64,000 bases of DNA from Pseudogymnoascus verrucosus (lineage: Eukaryota): assembly GCA_001662655.1 (NCBI GenBank), contig KV460267.1; one strand, written 5' to 3'. Shown piece by piece: positions 23,661 to 34,409 of the stretch. The notes beneath the pieces were generated by a model that was not told the DNA's origin, searched no databases, and worked only from the letters and a program-made list of their open reading frames with translations. Each line of letters begins with the position of its first letter. Within the stretch, counting starts at the first letter, position 1. Made by a program: the position numbers and the translations under genes.

Positions 23661-24800
23661 ATGGCGGGCGAGGTAAATACAAACCCACGCTGGATGAGGG
23701 GCGAAATGCCACATCAGGTCAAACTAACACGTTTGCGACAGGATACTATCGCAGAGCGCAAACCGCGCAAGTCTGTCGCGTTCAGCGAGGGAGCAACTAT
23801 CGTGGATGAGAATGGAGAGGTCTCCACCGAGGGAGCCGACGGATCGAAGGACACAGCAATGTCGCACTCGAGTTTGTCACCCCACATTTCACCTACAAAT
23901 TCGCCTGTGGCGACTAACAATATACCAGGCCCTGACGGAGAGGAGCCAAAAGAGGATGACGACGATGTCGCCAACATGCTCAAGGGCATGAAGAAGAAGA
24001 AGGCCAAGAAGCCTAAGGCTGATGACGAAGCCGGCGAGGCTGATGCAGCTGCTGACGGTGGCCTCGACCTCACACTGATGAAGAAGAAGAAGAAGAAGAA
24101 GGTGCCAAAAGAGGGAGAGGATGACTTTGCCGCCAAGCTCGCTGCTCTGGACATGGACAAGGAGGAGGGAGATGAGGAGGTCGCCGCCAAGCCCGAGAAG
24201 GTTGAGGATTCCGGCGATATGGAGAAGGGAACCGGTATCTGGGCGCACAACGACATCAAGCCGATCGGATACGAGCTACTCCTTACCCGTTTCTTTAGCC
24301 TGCTGGCCCAAAAGAACCCAGATCACGCAAGCAGCGGCTCGAGATCGTACAAGATCCCCCCACCACAGTGTCTCCGTGAAGGAAACAAGAAGACCATTTT
24401 CGCCAACCTGAACGAGATCTGCAAGAGGATGAAGAGGACCGACGAGCACGTTACATCATACCTGTTCGCTGAGTTGGGTACGAGCGGTTCCGTGGACGGA
24501 AGCAGGAGATTGGTTATCAAGGGTCGCTTCCAGCAGAAGCAGATCGAGAACGTCTTGAGGAGATATATCAGTGAGTTTTCCCAGAATCGAGCTGCGTTTG
24601 CATAGAAAACCAGAAACTAATCAATAACAGTGGAATACGTCACTTGCAAAACTTGCAGATCCCCGGATACGGAGCTCAACAAGGGAGAGAACAGACTGTA
24701 CTTCATCACCTGCAACTCCTGCGGATCGCGTCGTTCGGTCACGGCTATCAAGACTGGTTTCTCCGCACAAGTCGGAAAGCGCAAGAGACAACAGGGTTAG
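23661..24800 (+). CDS. SUI3: Translation initiation factor eIF2 beta subunit
   Basis: Poly-lysine boxes, [39 protein letters not shown] and C-terminal zinc finger CKTC...CNSC. Three introns. Confidence 0.95.
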
Positions 24801-25844
24801 AGTGTGCCTTGGGGTATTTCCTCGGCTTCTTGTTTGGTGTTCTTGGCTTTTTATGGGCGGAGAGGAATCAAGATCAAGGATGCTTTCATGTAGGGTACGG
24901 ATGACAAGGGAAGGGAAACTAAAATATGATGCTCATGATGCATGGATAGGTTATATATGTTCTGGCAGAGAGAATGATGCGATGCGATGCGATGCGATGA
25001 CGAGAAAGTGACTTTTTCGCAAACTTGCTTGAGCCTTTTAGAGACAGACAGCTCGTAGTGGTATAGATACAAAAATTGCAAGATCATGAAAACATCGCCA
25101 AAGTTGACAATATTATTGTGCGTGATGTGTGATGTCCCTATTGCCTGTGTAGCGATGGTGATTGATCGTCGATATGTGGTGCCCAGAGAGTACTATACGG
25201 GAGTATGCTGTGTCTCCATTGTGTCTCTTTTCGCCCTTTTCGCGCTGCCGAGCCCCCAGGGCTCATCAATCTCTCCACCTGTAAGCGCCCACGGCACACC
25301 CAAGCGGAAGCGGGCCCAATTGACGGCGCTGATAGCCACCGATCCCGCAACCACACAACCCTCGTCGATAGGTCTATACCGACGAGATGGGTTGCAGGAA
25401 TGGCGCTATTGGTCGCATGCTGGCGACCGTCTGCCACAGTGCTACTATGTAAGGATGTTTCGAGGGAGTTGATCGCTGGCGCTAGAAATAGATGCAGTCT
25501 CCAATTACTGGGCATGGGCCATTCAGCGTCAAGCCCAGCTGCAGGTAGGTGAGCGGGTATATAGATGTGCCTGCTTCCCCGATACACGTCGCTGCTTCAT
25601 TTCTACAATTTCTGCATTTCTTGTCTTGCTATTTGGAGCTGATTTGTCGCCGTTTAAAGAAGGTTGGTGTCCCTTTGTTATCCGTGATAGGTGCGGGGTA
25701 AAGCTGGGGGATGGAGAGCTGACAGCAACCAGGTAGCATTGTTCACGAGGCGTCAATTTCAACTCTCCATATCCTACGTATAGCTTCAAATCTATACTCT
25801 GTCCTTTTCTATCGCTGTTGTCATTGTGTTTCGAAACTGTCGCC

Positions 25845-27157
25845 ATGTCTGGTTACTATCCCCGTAAGGATCCCATTCCTCTACCCCGCTCCTTCGTGAT
25901 CCTTCAAGCTCCACCGTCATTTCACTCTGAAGCTAACAGCATTTAATTACAGCTCCCCCGGGCAGTCAACCAGCCCAGCAGCAGCAGCAGCATTTTGCCC
26001 CGCCCCCGACAACTCCTACTCCTCCGGCCCCGGCTCAAGGGCAATACTACCCACCACCCCCAACAGTTGCCGCACCCTCAAACACGCAATCATACCCTCC
26101 GCCCCCTGCTCCAGGGCAGCAAGCACAAAAACAATATGCGCCGCCCCCAAACTTCTCTCACCGCACATCGTACCAGAAGCCCTCCAGTCCGCCTGCTCCG
26201 GCGGGTCTTCCGCAATATGCGCCCCCGCCGGGGGTAGCTGCTGACCAGTATCCCGATGAGAAACAAGAGTATGAAGAGGAGCAGCAGCAGCAGCAGCAGC
26301 AAGGCGTGAACATGCATGCTGGTGCACCTGCAGCGGGGCGTTTATGGGAGCAGTTGCTACGCAAGATGACGTTGGGACGTTCAATGGAGGGAGTTATAGG
26401 ATTAGCCACAGGGATACGAATAGTATCATTACTCTGCAGCTGGCATTTGGTTGTCCGCTGTCCGTAAAGCCTGGTATGTGTTAACCAATTCTTCGCTGCT
26501 GTATTTGGGAGAGCTGGCACTGATATCTAGTAGGATGTATGATCGCCATGTCTCCAACTGTAACGCTCAAGGGAAACATGAAATTTAGCATGACAAAAAT
26601 CATGGCTGGCCATGTTTCACAGTCGACATTCACAGGCCCAGGAGAACTGCTTCTTGCCCCACAGGCTCTTGGCGATATCACGTCGATTCGCCTCACCGGA
26701 AGCGAGCAGTGGAGCGTGGGAAAGGATGCTCTACTTGCATCGACGCAAGGCGTGGTGAAAGACTTCAAGCGCCAGGGCCTAGGGAAGGCTATGTTCTCAG
26801 GCGAAGGTCTTTTCGTGTTCAAAATTTCTGGAACCGGAATTATGTGGATTACCAGCTTCGGTGCTATTATTCGGAAAGATGTGAGTTCTCTACCATACCT
26901 CAATCATGAGAGGCATTCTGACACAGTAATAGCTCCAAGAAGGCGAGCGATATGTTGTCGATAACGGCCATCTCGTTGCGTGGAACACGAAGTACGTCCT
27001 TGAGCGTATCGCCTCTGGGGGTATTATGTCTGGTGTGGCATCAGGAGAAGGACTGGTGTGCAAATTTACCGGTCCCGGGACCGTCTTCCTGCAGACAAGG
27101 AACCCAGCCGGATTCGCCCAATGGATGGCTGCTCAGGCTGCTGCTGGCGGTATGTAG
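25845..27157 (+). CDS. Aim24/DUF124-family protein with P/Q-rich N-terminus
   Basis: [88 protein letters not shown]. Three introns. Confidence 0.85.
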
Positions 27158-28068
27158 GGCTGCGCCTGTACATCGTTTTCGTTGGTTTTGGGGCAAGAGC
27201 AGGCAGTCATGGTTTATGCCCATACTGGTTTTTGGATAGCTTAAGCGTTTGGGTCGCCATTTTGCAAGCAATCAATGTACCTGATTTTAGCATTGCTGGT
27301 ATTCTATCAACTATGAGAAGAGGGAGGGTGTGTAAATTCTTGGCTGTCACCTCATGGTCGTTCTTTCCAAAAAAATATTGCTCCAGGGCACTTTCCAACT
27401 CCATCAGCTTCATAGCTCAGGTAAGGGTATCCCCAATATACTGAACATATCTACTTGATTCTTAGAATTTCTATTTCTTCTCTTTGGCTAGTTTCCGCAG
27501 TATAAAACGTTCGTCCTTCATTGCCGCCTGTGCCTGGATCTATTCGCAGGCGACGCCCGCAAAAGGTTAAAATATGGCAAGAACGCAGGTCGCTCCTTCC
27601 ACACGGTGGTGTCTAGACCCACCAAGCTCCAAAACTTCAGAGCTTGCCATCTTGTTTTCCTTCTCTTCTCTCTTTCAAACCATGAAGCGACCTCACTGGC
27701 CTTCGCAGCGTTACATCATCTCGAAGCGTATTATATAGCCGCAGCTTCATTCCGATACGGTCATTTACTCTTCATTGAGTGCTTAAATTCACTCATCTCC
27801 TGCATGGATATGTGCAACTATCTGAACGTCCCGAACTTCCAAACTGGTATGCTTAGATTGAGCTTCCTGAAGTTGGAACGAGAGACATCATATACGCTGC
27901 ATCACTGAAGAGGCAGGGTGGGTTCCATCCTTCAGGATACACTTGGTGCCATACGAACTGAACAATTCAGGCATATATCCCTTCCCGATTCTATCGATCG
28001 CCACCTAAACTCCCGGCTCGCCGGCAAGCGTGCGAGAAAATAGCTGCGTTCAAGTAGCAAGCCCCAAG

Positions 28069-30948
28069 ATGTCGAAACCTCCGCCACATAGCGGTAGTGG
28101 GAAGAAGCTTGGATTGTCGCCAACACCCCAACAAACCCTACGGCAGAAGACTGCAAAACAACCCTGGCCCTGGAATTCGGGGGTTTCCCCAGCAGAAAAA
28201 GGAATATCAGCGGCATCCCCATCGAAGCAGCCATCGAAGGCGTTATCGAAGCAAACACTGAGGCAGCCACAACAACAGCTACCAAAGCAGACACCAAGGC
28301 AGACTCCAGATCAGACGCAAAGGCAGCCAAAGCAAACGCCAAAAGAACTGCCAAAGCAGATGTCAAAACAGCCACCAAAACAACCAACAACAACCAATTC
28401 ATGGCGCAGTAGCGCATCTCGAAATACAGGTGAAAGCCCGCATGTTTCTTCGGCGGGGGATGTCCACAGATGGAGCCCATTCCATAAACGGGGTTACGAA
28501 AACGCGTCACTTTTGGACTCCCATTCAAAGAAACTACCTGCGCCTGTTCCGAAGGAAAGCAAGGCTGGCTCATTGCCCGGTCGTAACAGATCTCCTGTTA
28601 AAGATGATGAGTACTTCTCATCTCTACTAAAAAGAAGCAGGCTAGATCTAGGCGCTCCATCAAAAGCCCCAAATGCTTTTGAAGTACCGTCGCAAAATGA
28701 TAAGGGCCTTGGTTTTGATCAGATATGCGACAACAAATCCCTTGTATCTGGGGTGCACTCCTCTGGCATCAAAGACAGATGTCTCTTTCCGCCAGGTTTC
28801 ATCGCAGAAAGAGATGAGGAACAGGATATACCTTCAAGATTTGCTAACGAGACTATTATTTGCGAACGCATGCAACCCAGTAGACGCACCGGGAAACTCA
28901 GAAGTCCTGTAGGGACGCCAGTGGATGAAAGTCAGGAATCATGGCTGCCAGCAGATAATACTGGCGATGACTGGCAGGCGTGGAGGCCACCTCAAAGTCT
29001 CAGGACCACCCCTGAGCCAATCCCGGATCCAGCAATTCTATCGAGGCAATTGAGACAAAGGCTTGTCAATTTTACCAATGACAGTGTCGACGAGCTTCGC
29101 GGTGTGCCTATGAGAGCCACGTTCGTACCAGGAGGTGTAGCGCCTCCAGCTCAGCGAATTGAAGCTACATACCCAAATCCTGAAGCACATATCTTGGCAA
29201 TGGATCCGAACATAACGCTCCACACACCCAGATCGAGGAGGTCGGCAACTGTGAGCGACCCAGTGCATCCTACAGCGGCAACGCATGGGGAGAGCCTCAA
29301 TAGCCAGGCGAGGCAATATTTCACTGGGCATTTCAGAGCTCAAATAATACAAAACGACGATCATGCATTCCAAATGGTGCCAAAATCAGGCTCGCAGCAT
29401 TATGCCGATGCAGAACCTCAGAATTCGAAGGACGTATGCCAACCTGCCGATCGAGAGTCCGCGTATCAAGCAATGCTAAGAAAGGCTCACTACAAACCTG
29501 ATCAGATCTACCAACCCAGGCATCTACGTAGGGGAGGGATTCATAAGAGCGAGAGTAGAGAGAAAGATGCGCCCTTCTCGCGCATAGTGATACAGAATGA
29601 TGCACTCGAGGAGGATCCAAATATTGTCCTGGAACCCACTCCTACCTCTGTCGGCCGCTATCTTCAACCCTCAAGTCGGAATATTATTCGGGCAAATGGC
29701 TCAATCATCAAGGGAGTTTCTGGCAAGCCTCAAAAACCAGAACCAAAGAAGGACGATATCACTCGTAATTCCAGGCGACAAGGGGAACTTTCTCCGATAT
29801 ATAAGCCGATTCGTGAGCCCATCTCTCCAAATAAACACAGCTCTCCGGGTCGCGCAGGGAACTCTTACACGTCTGACGGATGGTTTGTGGACCAAGAAAG
29901 ACAACAAGATCAAGATAACAAGGCAGATCCTCCACGTCCAAACTCGACTAGCAGGTCGGCACTGGATCCCACGGAAAATGGCCATCCTTCGGCACCACCT
30001 GTCGTACTTTCGGCAGTCGGCCATAGCCCATCTATTAGTTCGCCACACCGTACGAACAATAAAAGCGTTTCATGGGATCCTGCTATCACCCTTATTGGCC
30101 CGGTCATTAACCTTGTAAACGAAAGGCCAACTGCAGAAGCGATGTTTGAGAGGCTCTTTGTGGAAGATAGAGAGAAAGAGGCTGCAGAGCGGCAAGAAAC
30201 GGGCGGCGATGAAGATGTCGATGCCTTTGTCTCGACTTTTAAGCGATGGAAGAAGGGAGACAGGAGCAAGTTGGACTCTCTGTTGAAAGCATTGAGGAAT
30301 ATCGAGACAGATACTGACACTGATTCTGAAAATGGAGAGAAAGTTGACGAGGATATGCAAAACAGTGCCCAAGGTCAGGACACAACTACTGGATTTGATC
30401 CCAGAGTGCCTGATTTTAAGCCATTGATCTTCAGAGAAAACGAGATCTGGGTACAAAAAGTCCGCCCCCATACTCGTCCAACATTGCCAGCATCAACTAG
30501 ACCAGCATATCCTGCAACTATTAATATACCATTCCGCGCCGCGCTCCCAGGGCGTCCACCCTGGCATATCACTGGCAAGTTTCGAAATACCTTGCCGTAT
30601 CACCGTCCACTAAGAATTAATACACGGCCCAATTCACGAGGCGATTCTCAACCGACCAAGAAACGGGTAATCTGGGATAATCCGGAAGATCCGGGGGGGA
30701 GAGAAGCTGTCATGCAGTCTCAGCGCTGGGCAGGAGAGCTTCTGGAGCGGTTTACTAAGAAATATCCATTAACTGGCCAGAAGGCTGCTGTCGTTCCCAA
30801 GAAACGCCTTGAGGACCTGCCAATATCAAGATCAAATAGCAATACTCTGAAAGTGGCGAAGATGGTATCTAATGCAGCAGACATCCAGCAAAAGTTAGAA
30901 GTATTGTTGATGCAAAAGAAGGAGGCGAAGGCCAGGGGAATTCGGTGA
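28069..30948 (+). CDS. Hypothetical protein (about 960 aa) with KQP repeats and a possible PAM2-like motif
   Basis: Uninterrupted ORF, first ATG at 28069. Tetrapeptide KQ(P/T)x repeats; GFDPRVPDFKP; helical C-terminus WAGELLERFTKKYPLTG...IQQKLEVLL. Confidence 0.7.
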   Translation: MSKPPPHSGSGKKLGLSPTPQQTLRQKTAKQPWPWNSGVSPAEKGISAASPSKQPSKALSKQTLRQPQQQLPKQTPRQTPDQTQRQPKQTPKELPKQMSKQPPKQPTTTNSWRSSASRNTGESPHVSSAGDVHRWSPFHKRGYENASLLDSHSKKLPAPVPKESKAGSLPGRNRSPVKDDEYFSSLLKRSRLDLGAPSKAPNAFEVPSQNDKGLGFDQICDNKSLVSGVHSSGIKDRCLFPPGFIAERDEEQDIPSRFANETIICERMQPSRRTGKLRSPVGTPVDESQESWLPADNTGDDWQAWRPPQSLRTTPEPIPDPAILSRQLRQRLVNFTNDSVDELRGVPMRATFVPGGVAPPAQRIEATYPNPEAHILAMDPNITLHTPRSRRSATVSDPVHPTAATHGESLNSQARQYFTGHFRAQIIQNDDHAFQMVPKSGSQHYADAEPQNSKDVCQPADRESAYQAMLRKAHYKPDQIYQPRHLRRGGIHKSESREKDAPFSRIVIQNDALEEDPNIVLEPTPTSVGRYLQPSSRNIIRANGSIIKGVSGKPQKPEPKKDDITRNSRRQGELSPIYKPIREPISPNKHSSPGRAGNSYTSDGWFVDQERQQDQDNKADPPRPNSTSRSALDPTENGHPSAPPVVLSAVGHSPSISSPHRTNNKSVSWDPAITLIGPVINLVNERPTAEAMFERLFVEDREKEAAERQETGGDEDVDAFVSTFKRWKKGDRSKLDSLLKALRNIETDTDTDSENGEKVDEDMQNSAQGQDTTTGFDPRVPDFKPLIFRENEIWVQKVRPHTRPTLPASTRPAYPATINIPFRAALPGRPPWHITGKFRNTLPYHRPLRINTRPNSRGDSQPTKKRVIWDNPEDPGGREAVMQSQRWAGELLERFTKKYPLTGQKAAVVPKKRLEDLPISRSNSNTLKVAKMVSNAADIQQKLEVLLMQKKEAKARGIR

Positions 30949-31647
30949 GATGAGCGTGCGTCTCATAGGTTATGTTCGGTCACAAAAACGTCGATAGCGA
31001 AGAGCAGGCTAGAGGTATTATTAGCAGATGGCAGGCCTTCAGGCAGCGCATCAGAGGTATTATTTGTTATTGTTTAGCAGTTTGTTAGGACTTCGGTGGT
31101 GGTTTGTCCTTGAGCTGGGTAGTAATACATGTTTTAGTCATTCGGTGTGCCTCACCAGCTTGTCTCATCGACATTATAATCCCAAGACTACCATTTTCGG
31201 CACAGCCGAGCTGTTAAAGAAATGAGGTAAAGATATTGTATCCATATGCAAAATTGGCATCTTGCCGAATTTGTTGTGGGCGTCGCTGAGCATACCGAGT
31301 ATGGTAATTAGTAAATTCTCAGATAGGCGAGGCGAGGTGACGTTGAATTGAACCAAAGCAGCTTGGCCAGCCTGTTTGCAAGGCTGAACAATTCCTCCAC
31401 ACTCCTCCACCTCAACGGGCAACGCCTATTAAACTGTGCGATACCACTCCAGCTATAATTGCCAATTGAACAAAACTCTCGAATAAATAGCCTCATTCCG
31501 CAAGATCGTCTCTCACGCCACTATCTACGCGTCGTCTCCACACAAGCGATTGACGCGGCACAGGGTCGAATGTTAACGACAAAGCGTCAACAACCGCCCC
31601 GAAGCGATATCCAACTCCACGACACGTCGAAGCATTGAGCGTGTCCA

Positions 31648-33672
31648 ATGGCTACCCCGACGCCTGTCGGAAAGCATCCTGCCGGCCTCGGGGCAGGCTT
31701 GACGCCACCTGTCTCCACGCCTTTCTCGGCGAGCAAATCAGTCAACCTCTCGCCTCAGCAGTACAAGAAGAGCCCCGCAAACTCGAACCAGTACGCGCAC
31801 CCGACAGCCTCCTCGTTCGGCGGAATAAATTTTGACAGCCCGACTACAGCAGCGGCTTTGGCAACACTGCCGCTGGGAGACCTGGGGCTCGATGCATCGG
31901 CTGGTGGATTGGGGGGTGGGCTGGGACATCTGGGCGGGGGGTTGGGGCTGGGGGCTGGGCTGGGCGGGCTACAAGGGATCGGAAGGCTTGATGAGGATGA
32001 GCGAAAGAGGAGGAAGTTGATGCAGATTGTTGATACCCTAAAAGCAGTGAAAGGCAGGGTCAGCGAGGATGGTATCGAGAGGCTGGCACGGTCCGTGGGT
32101 TTGGAGTGTTTATGGGAGACTGGGATGGGGAGGGGAGGGAAGTCAAAGACTCTCATTATCGCTGGGACTGGATTGTCGATCGATATTGAGTTCACGGATA
32201 ATGTCGTCGAGACGGTAACGCTCGGATTCCCGGAGAGCCCAGAGAGTGTGACGCGACATGCAGACCAAGCGGGGAAGATTCTACTCGACGATCTGAAGCT
32301 CGGCAAGGACGAAACCGTGTTGACGAAACGGGTGGACCGATTTGCGGGAAACCTGGATAGGATGGCGAGATTGGACAAACTCAGTGTGATGCCCCAGCTG
32401 AACTGTCACGAGGCAATTGCCGGAATATATGACAGCTTAGAGAAGCTACACAAGTGGGAAGTGGCCAGGCTGACGGAGGAGGAGGCAATGTCAGGTAAGA
32501 CACAAGAGCAAATCGTGAGGGCTGCGCTGTTGCAGAAGAGCGGCCGACCTGCCATGAATGCCCATGGTAGTGTCGGGCTCTGCTTGGAGTACTGGCAAGA
32601 GAGGCACGCTACTGCACAGGGAGAAAGTTGCAAAACATGGTCGCTACTTCTTGAATGTGACCAGTCGTCATCCATGGTCTACCCTCCTGTTCGCGTTTCT
32701 TCAGCATGGATCTCACCTTCCGTCGCCAAATCCAATCCAACGGCTGACGACGTCCTCCTTTCAGCCTCCGATGTCGTTCTCGACTGGCAAGATCCTCCAA
32801 ACATCTTTCTCCCTTCGGACCCCGACCAGAAGGATGACAGTGGCATGGAAGGCATCGAACAGCCAGGCCAGCTACCCAATCAAAAATTCCCAGATGTGCG
32901 CTTTGTGGCCAAGTTCAGCCCGCCCTTAACCTTACCCTACAGCGTAGCAATGCAAATCTACGACTCGACTGGCGCACACCTTGAGCCGGATGCTTTAGCG
33001 GCATTCGATGCTCTTGCCTTCCCACCCCAAACCGCGGAACCGAGCGAACCAGATGGTGCCCACCGAAGAATACGGAAGGAGCAACTAGTCAGTGTGTATA
33101 ACCGCGCAGGCAAGCATGAAAAGCAGTGCCACACAAACACGCTCACTATTCCAAAAATGGAATACGCTCTAACGTTAACGGAGGTGCCGTTCAGTCATCC
33201 GAGGGAGCTAGTGCAAATGCTACCCATTTTGAGGCAATATACCAGACTATCTACGCTACTTGAAAGAAGCTTTGGGTCGAAATATACATCGGACCACAAA
33301 ACGGAGAGCGAGGATGTACCAGGAGAGGAGATTACCGTGAAGGACGAGTTTGACGCCTTCATGGCGGAGGCCAGCGACAAGGATAAAGAGCTACAGTTTA
33401 CGAAAATACCCGTCGACGTCAGCTTATACACTCAGCCAGGACCAAGCCTAAGGATAATCTTCCCCGTTGGTCCACGGATAGCGGACATTTTAGTGGGGAT
33501 CGAATCGAACGGTTCACTTAGTGTTGTCTCACAGAACATTCTTCCCGATGGAGATGGCGTGATGGAAACCACCAAGACGAAATCTCTGACCGTGGATGAT
33601 CTAGGAAGGATATTGGAAACGTGCGAAGATATTGGGATATTTGCGGAGTTTCTGCGGCAGAGACTGGTATGA
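31648..33672 (+). CDS. MED1: Mediator of RNA polymerase II transcription subunit 1
   Basis: MATPTPVGKH...; VSEDGIERLARSVGLECLWE; LIIAGTGLSIDIEF; FAGNLDRMARLDKLS..PQLNCHEAIAGIY; EVPFSHPREL. Matches fungal Med1 architecture. Confidence 0.85.
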   Translation: MATPTPVGKHPAGLGAGLTPPVSTPFSASKSVNLSPQQYKKSPANSNQYAHPTASSFGGINFDSPTTAAALATLPLGDLGLDASAGGLGGGLGHLGGGLGLGAGLGGLQGIGRLDEDERKRRKLMQIVDTLKAVKGRVSEDGIERLARSVGLECLWETGMGRGGKSKTLIIAGTGLSIDIEFTDNVVETVTLGFPESPESVTRHADQAGKILLDDLKLGKDETVLTKRVDRFAGNLDRMARLDKLSVMPQLNCHEAIAGIYDSLEKLHKWEVARLTEEEAMSGKTQEQIVRAALLQKSGRPAMNAHGSVGLCLEYWQERHATAQGESCKTWSLLLECDQSSSMVYPPVRVSSAWISPSVAKSNPTADDVLLSASDVVLDWQDPPNIFLPSDPDQKDDSGMEGIEQPGQLPNQKFPDVRFVAKFSPPLTLPYSVAMQIYDSTGAHLEPDALAAFDALAFPPQTAEPSEPDGAHRRIRKEQLVSVYNRAGKHEKQCHTNTLTIPKMEYALTLTEVPFSHPRELVQMLPILRQYTRLSTLLERSFGSKYTSDHKTESEDVPGEEITVKDEFDAFMAEASDKDKELQFTKIPVDVSLYTQPGPSLRIIFPVGPRIADILVGIESNGSLSVVSQNILPDGDGVMETTKTKSLTVDDLGRILETCEDIGIFAEFLRQRLV

Positions 33673-34409
33673 GTAATAGAGAATGTGCCAGATTGCGGAG
33701 AAGAGACCCCTTACGCTGAGGCCATAGAATAGGCGATGACGATGATACCCACAAATAAGATTCAATAAGCTCCAATTTGATCTGACGACGGCGAGGTTCC
33801 AGTGCCATAACTCACGCCACGATTTCCGATTCATACCCACGGCTTGCTAGCGTCCTCAAATGCAAGTGCATTTGAGAACACTATCTTTGTGCCTAAAGTA
33901 GTAAGTCCATATTGAGATCCATCAAGTCTTGAACTTAACGGGGTGTTGTTGATGTATTCTTAATGCGAGTTGAATGTAAGTTGGGTTTCCTTGTACGATC
34001 ACAGTTTATTTAATTCCTCTCGAACTGTATTTAAGAGTCCACGATATCAGATATTAAAGCTTCCTTGATGTCAGATTCTCGTCGTGAAGGCGGGCATTAG
34101 CGTGGTCAACTTCACCAGCGTCAAATTCTCAGATCGACGGCGAGCATTAGCGTGTGGGGGTCAACGCGCCAAACATTAGCCAGGAACCACAAATCAGGAA
34201 CGGATCCATCGCCTGATGTCTTTAATTTATTACGGCACCTCTCCCCCATGGCCTCGAAATTTCTCTCCTTCCGTTTTATCTTCTCTTTTCCTCATATACA
34301 AGGGATGAGAAGATTTACATGTCAAATATTCGACTGGTATTAATTCTCGCCCAAGTTTGATATTCTCACTTCATACAACTTTTGTTGGAGCTCTTGGTAT
34401 TTATACACC

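Noticed and set aside
24976..24998. (GATGC)n and similar microsatellites, e.g. (CCTTG)n near 19165
   Set aside because: Ordinary simple repeats.
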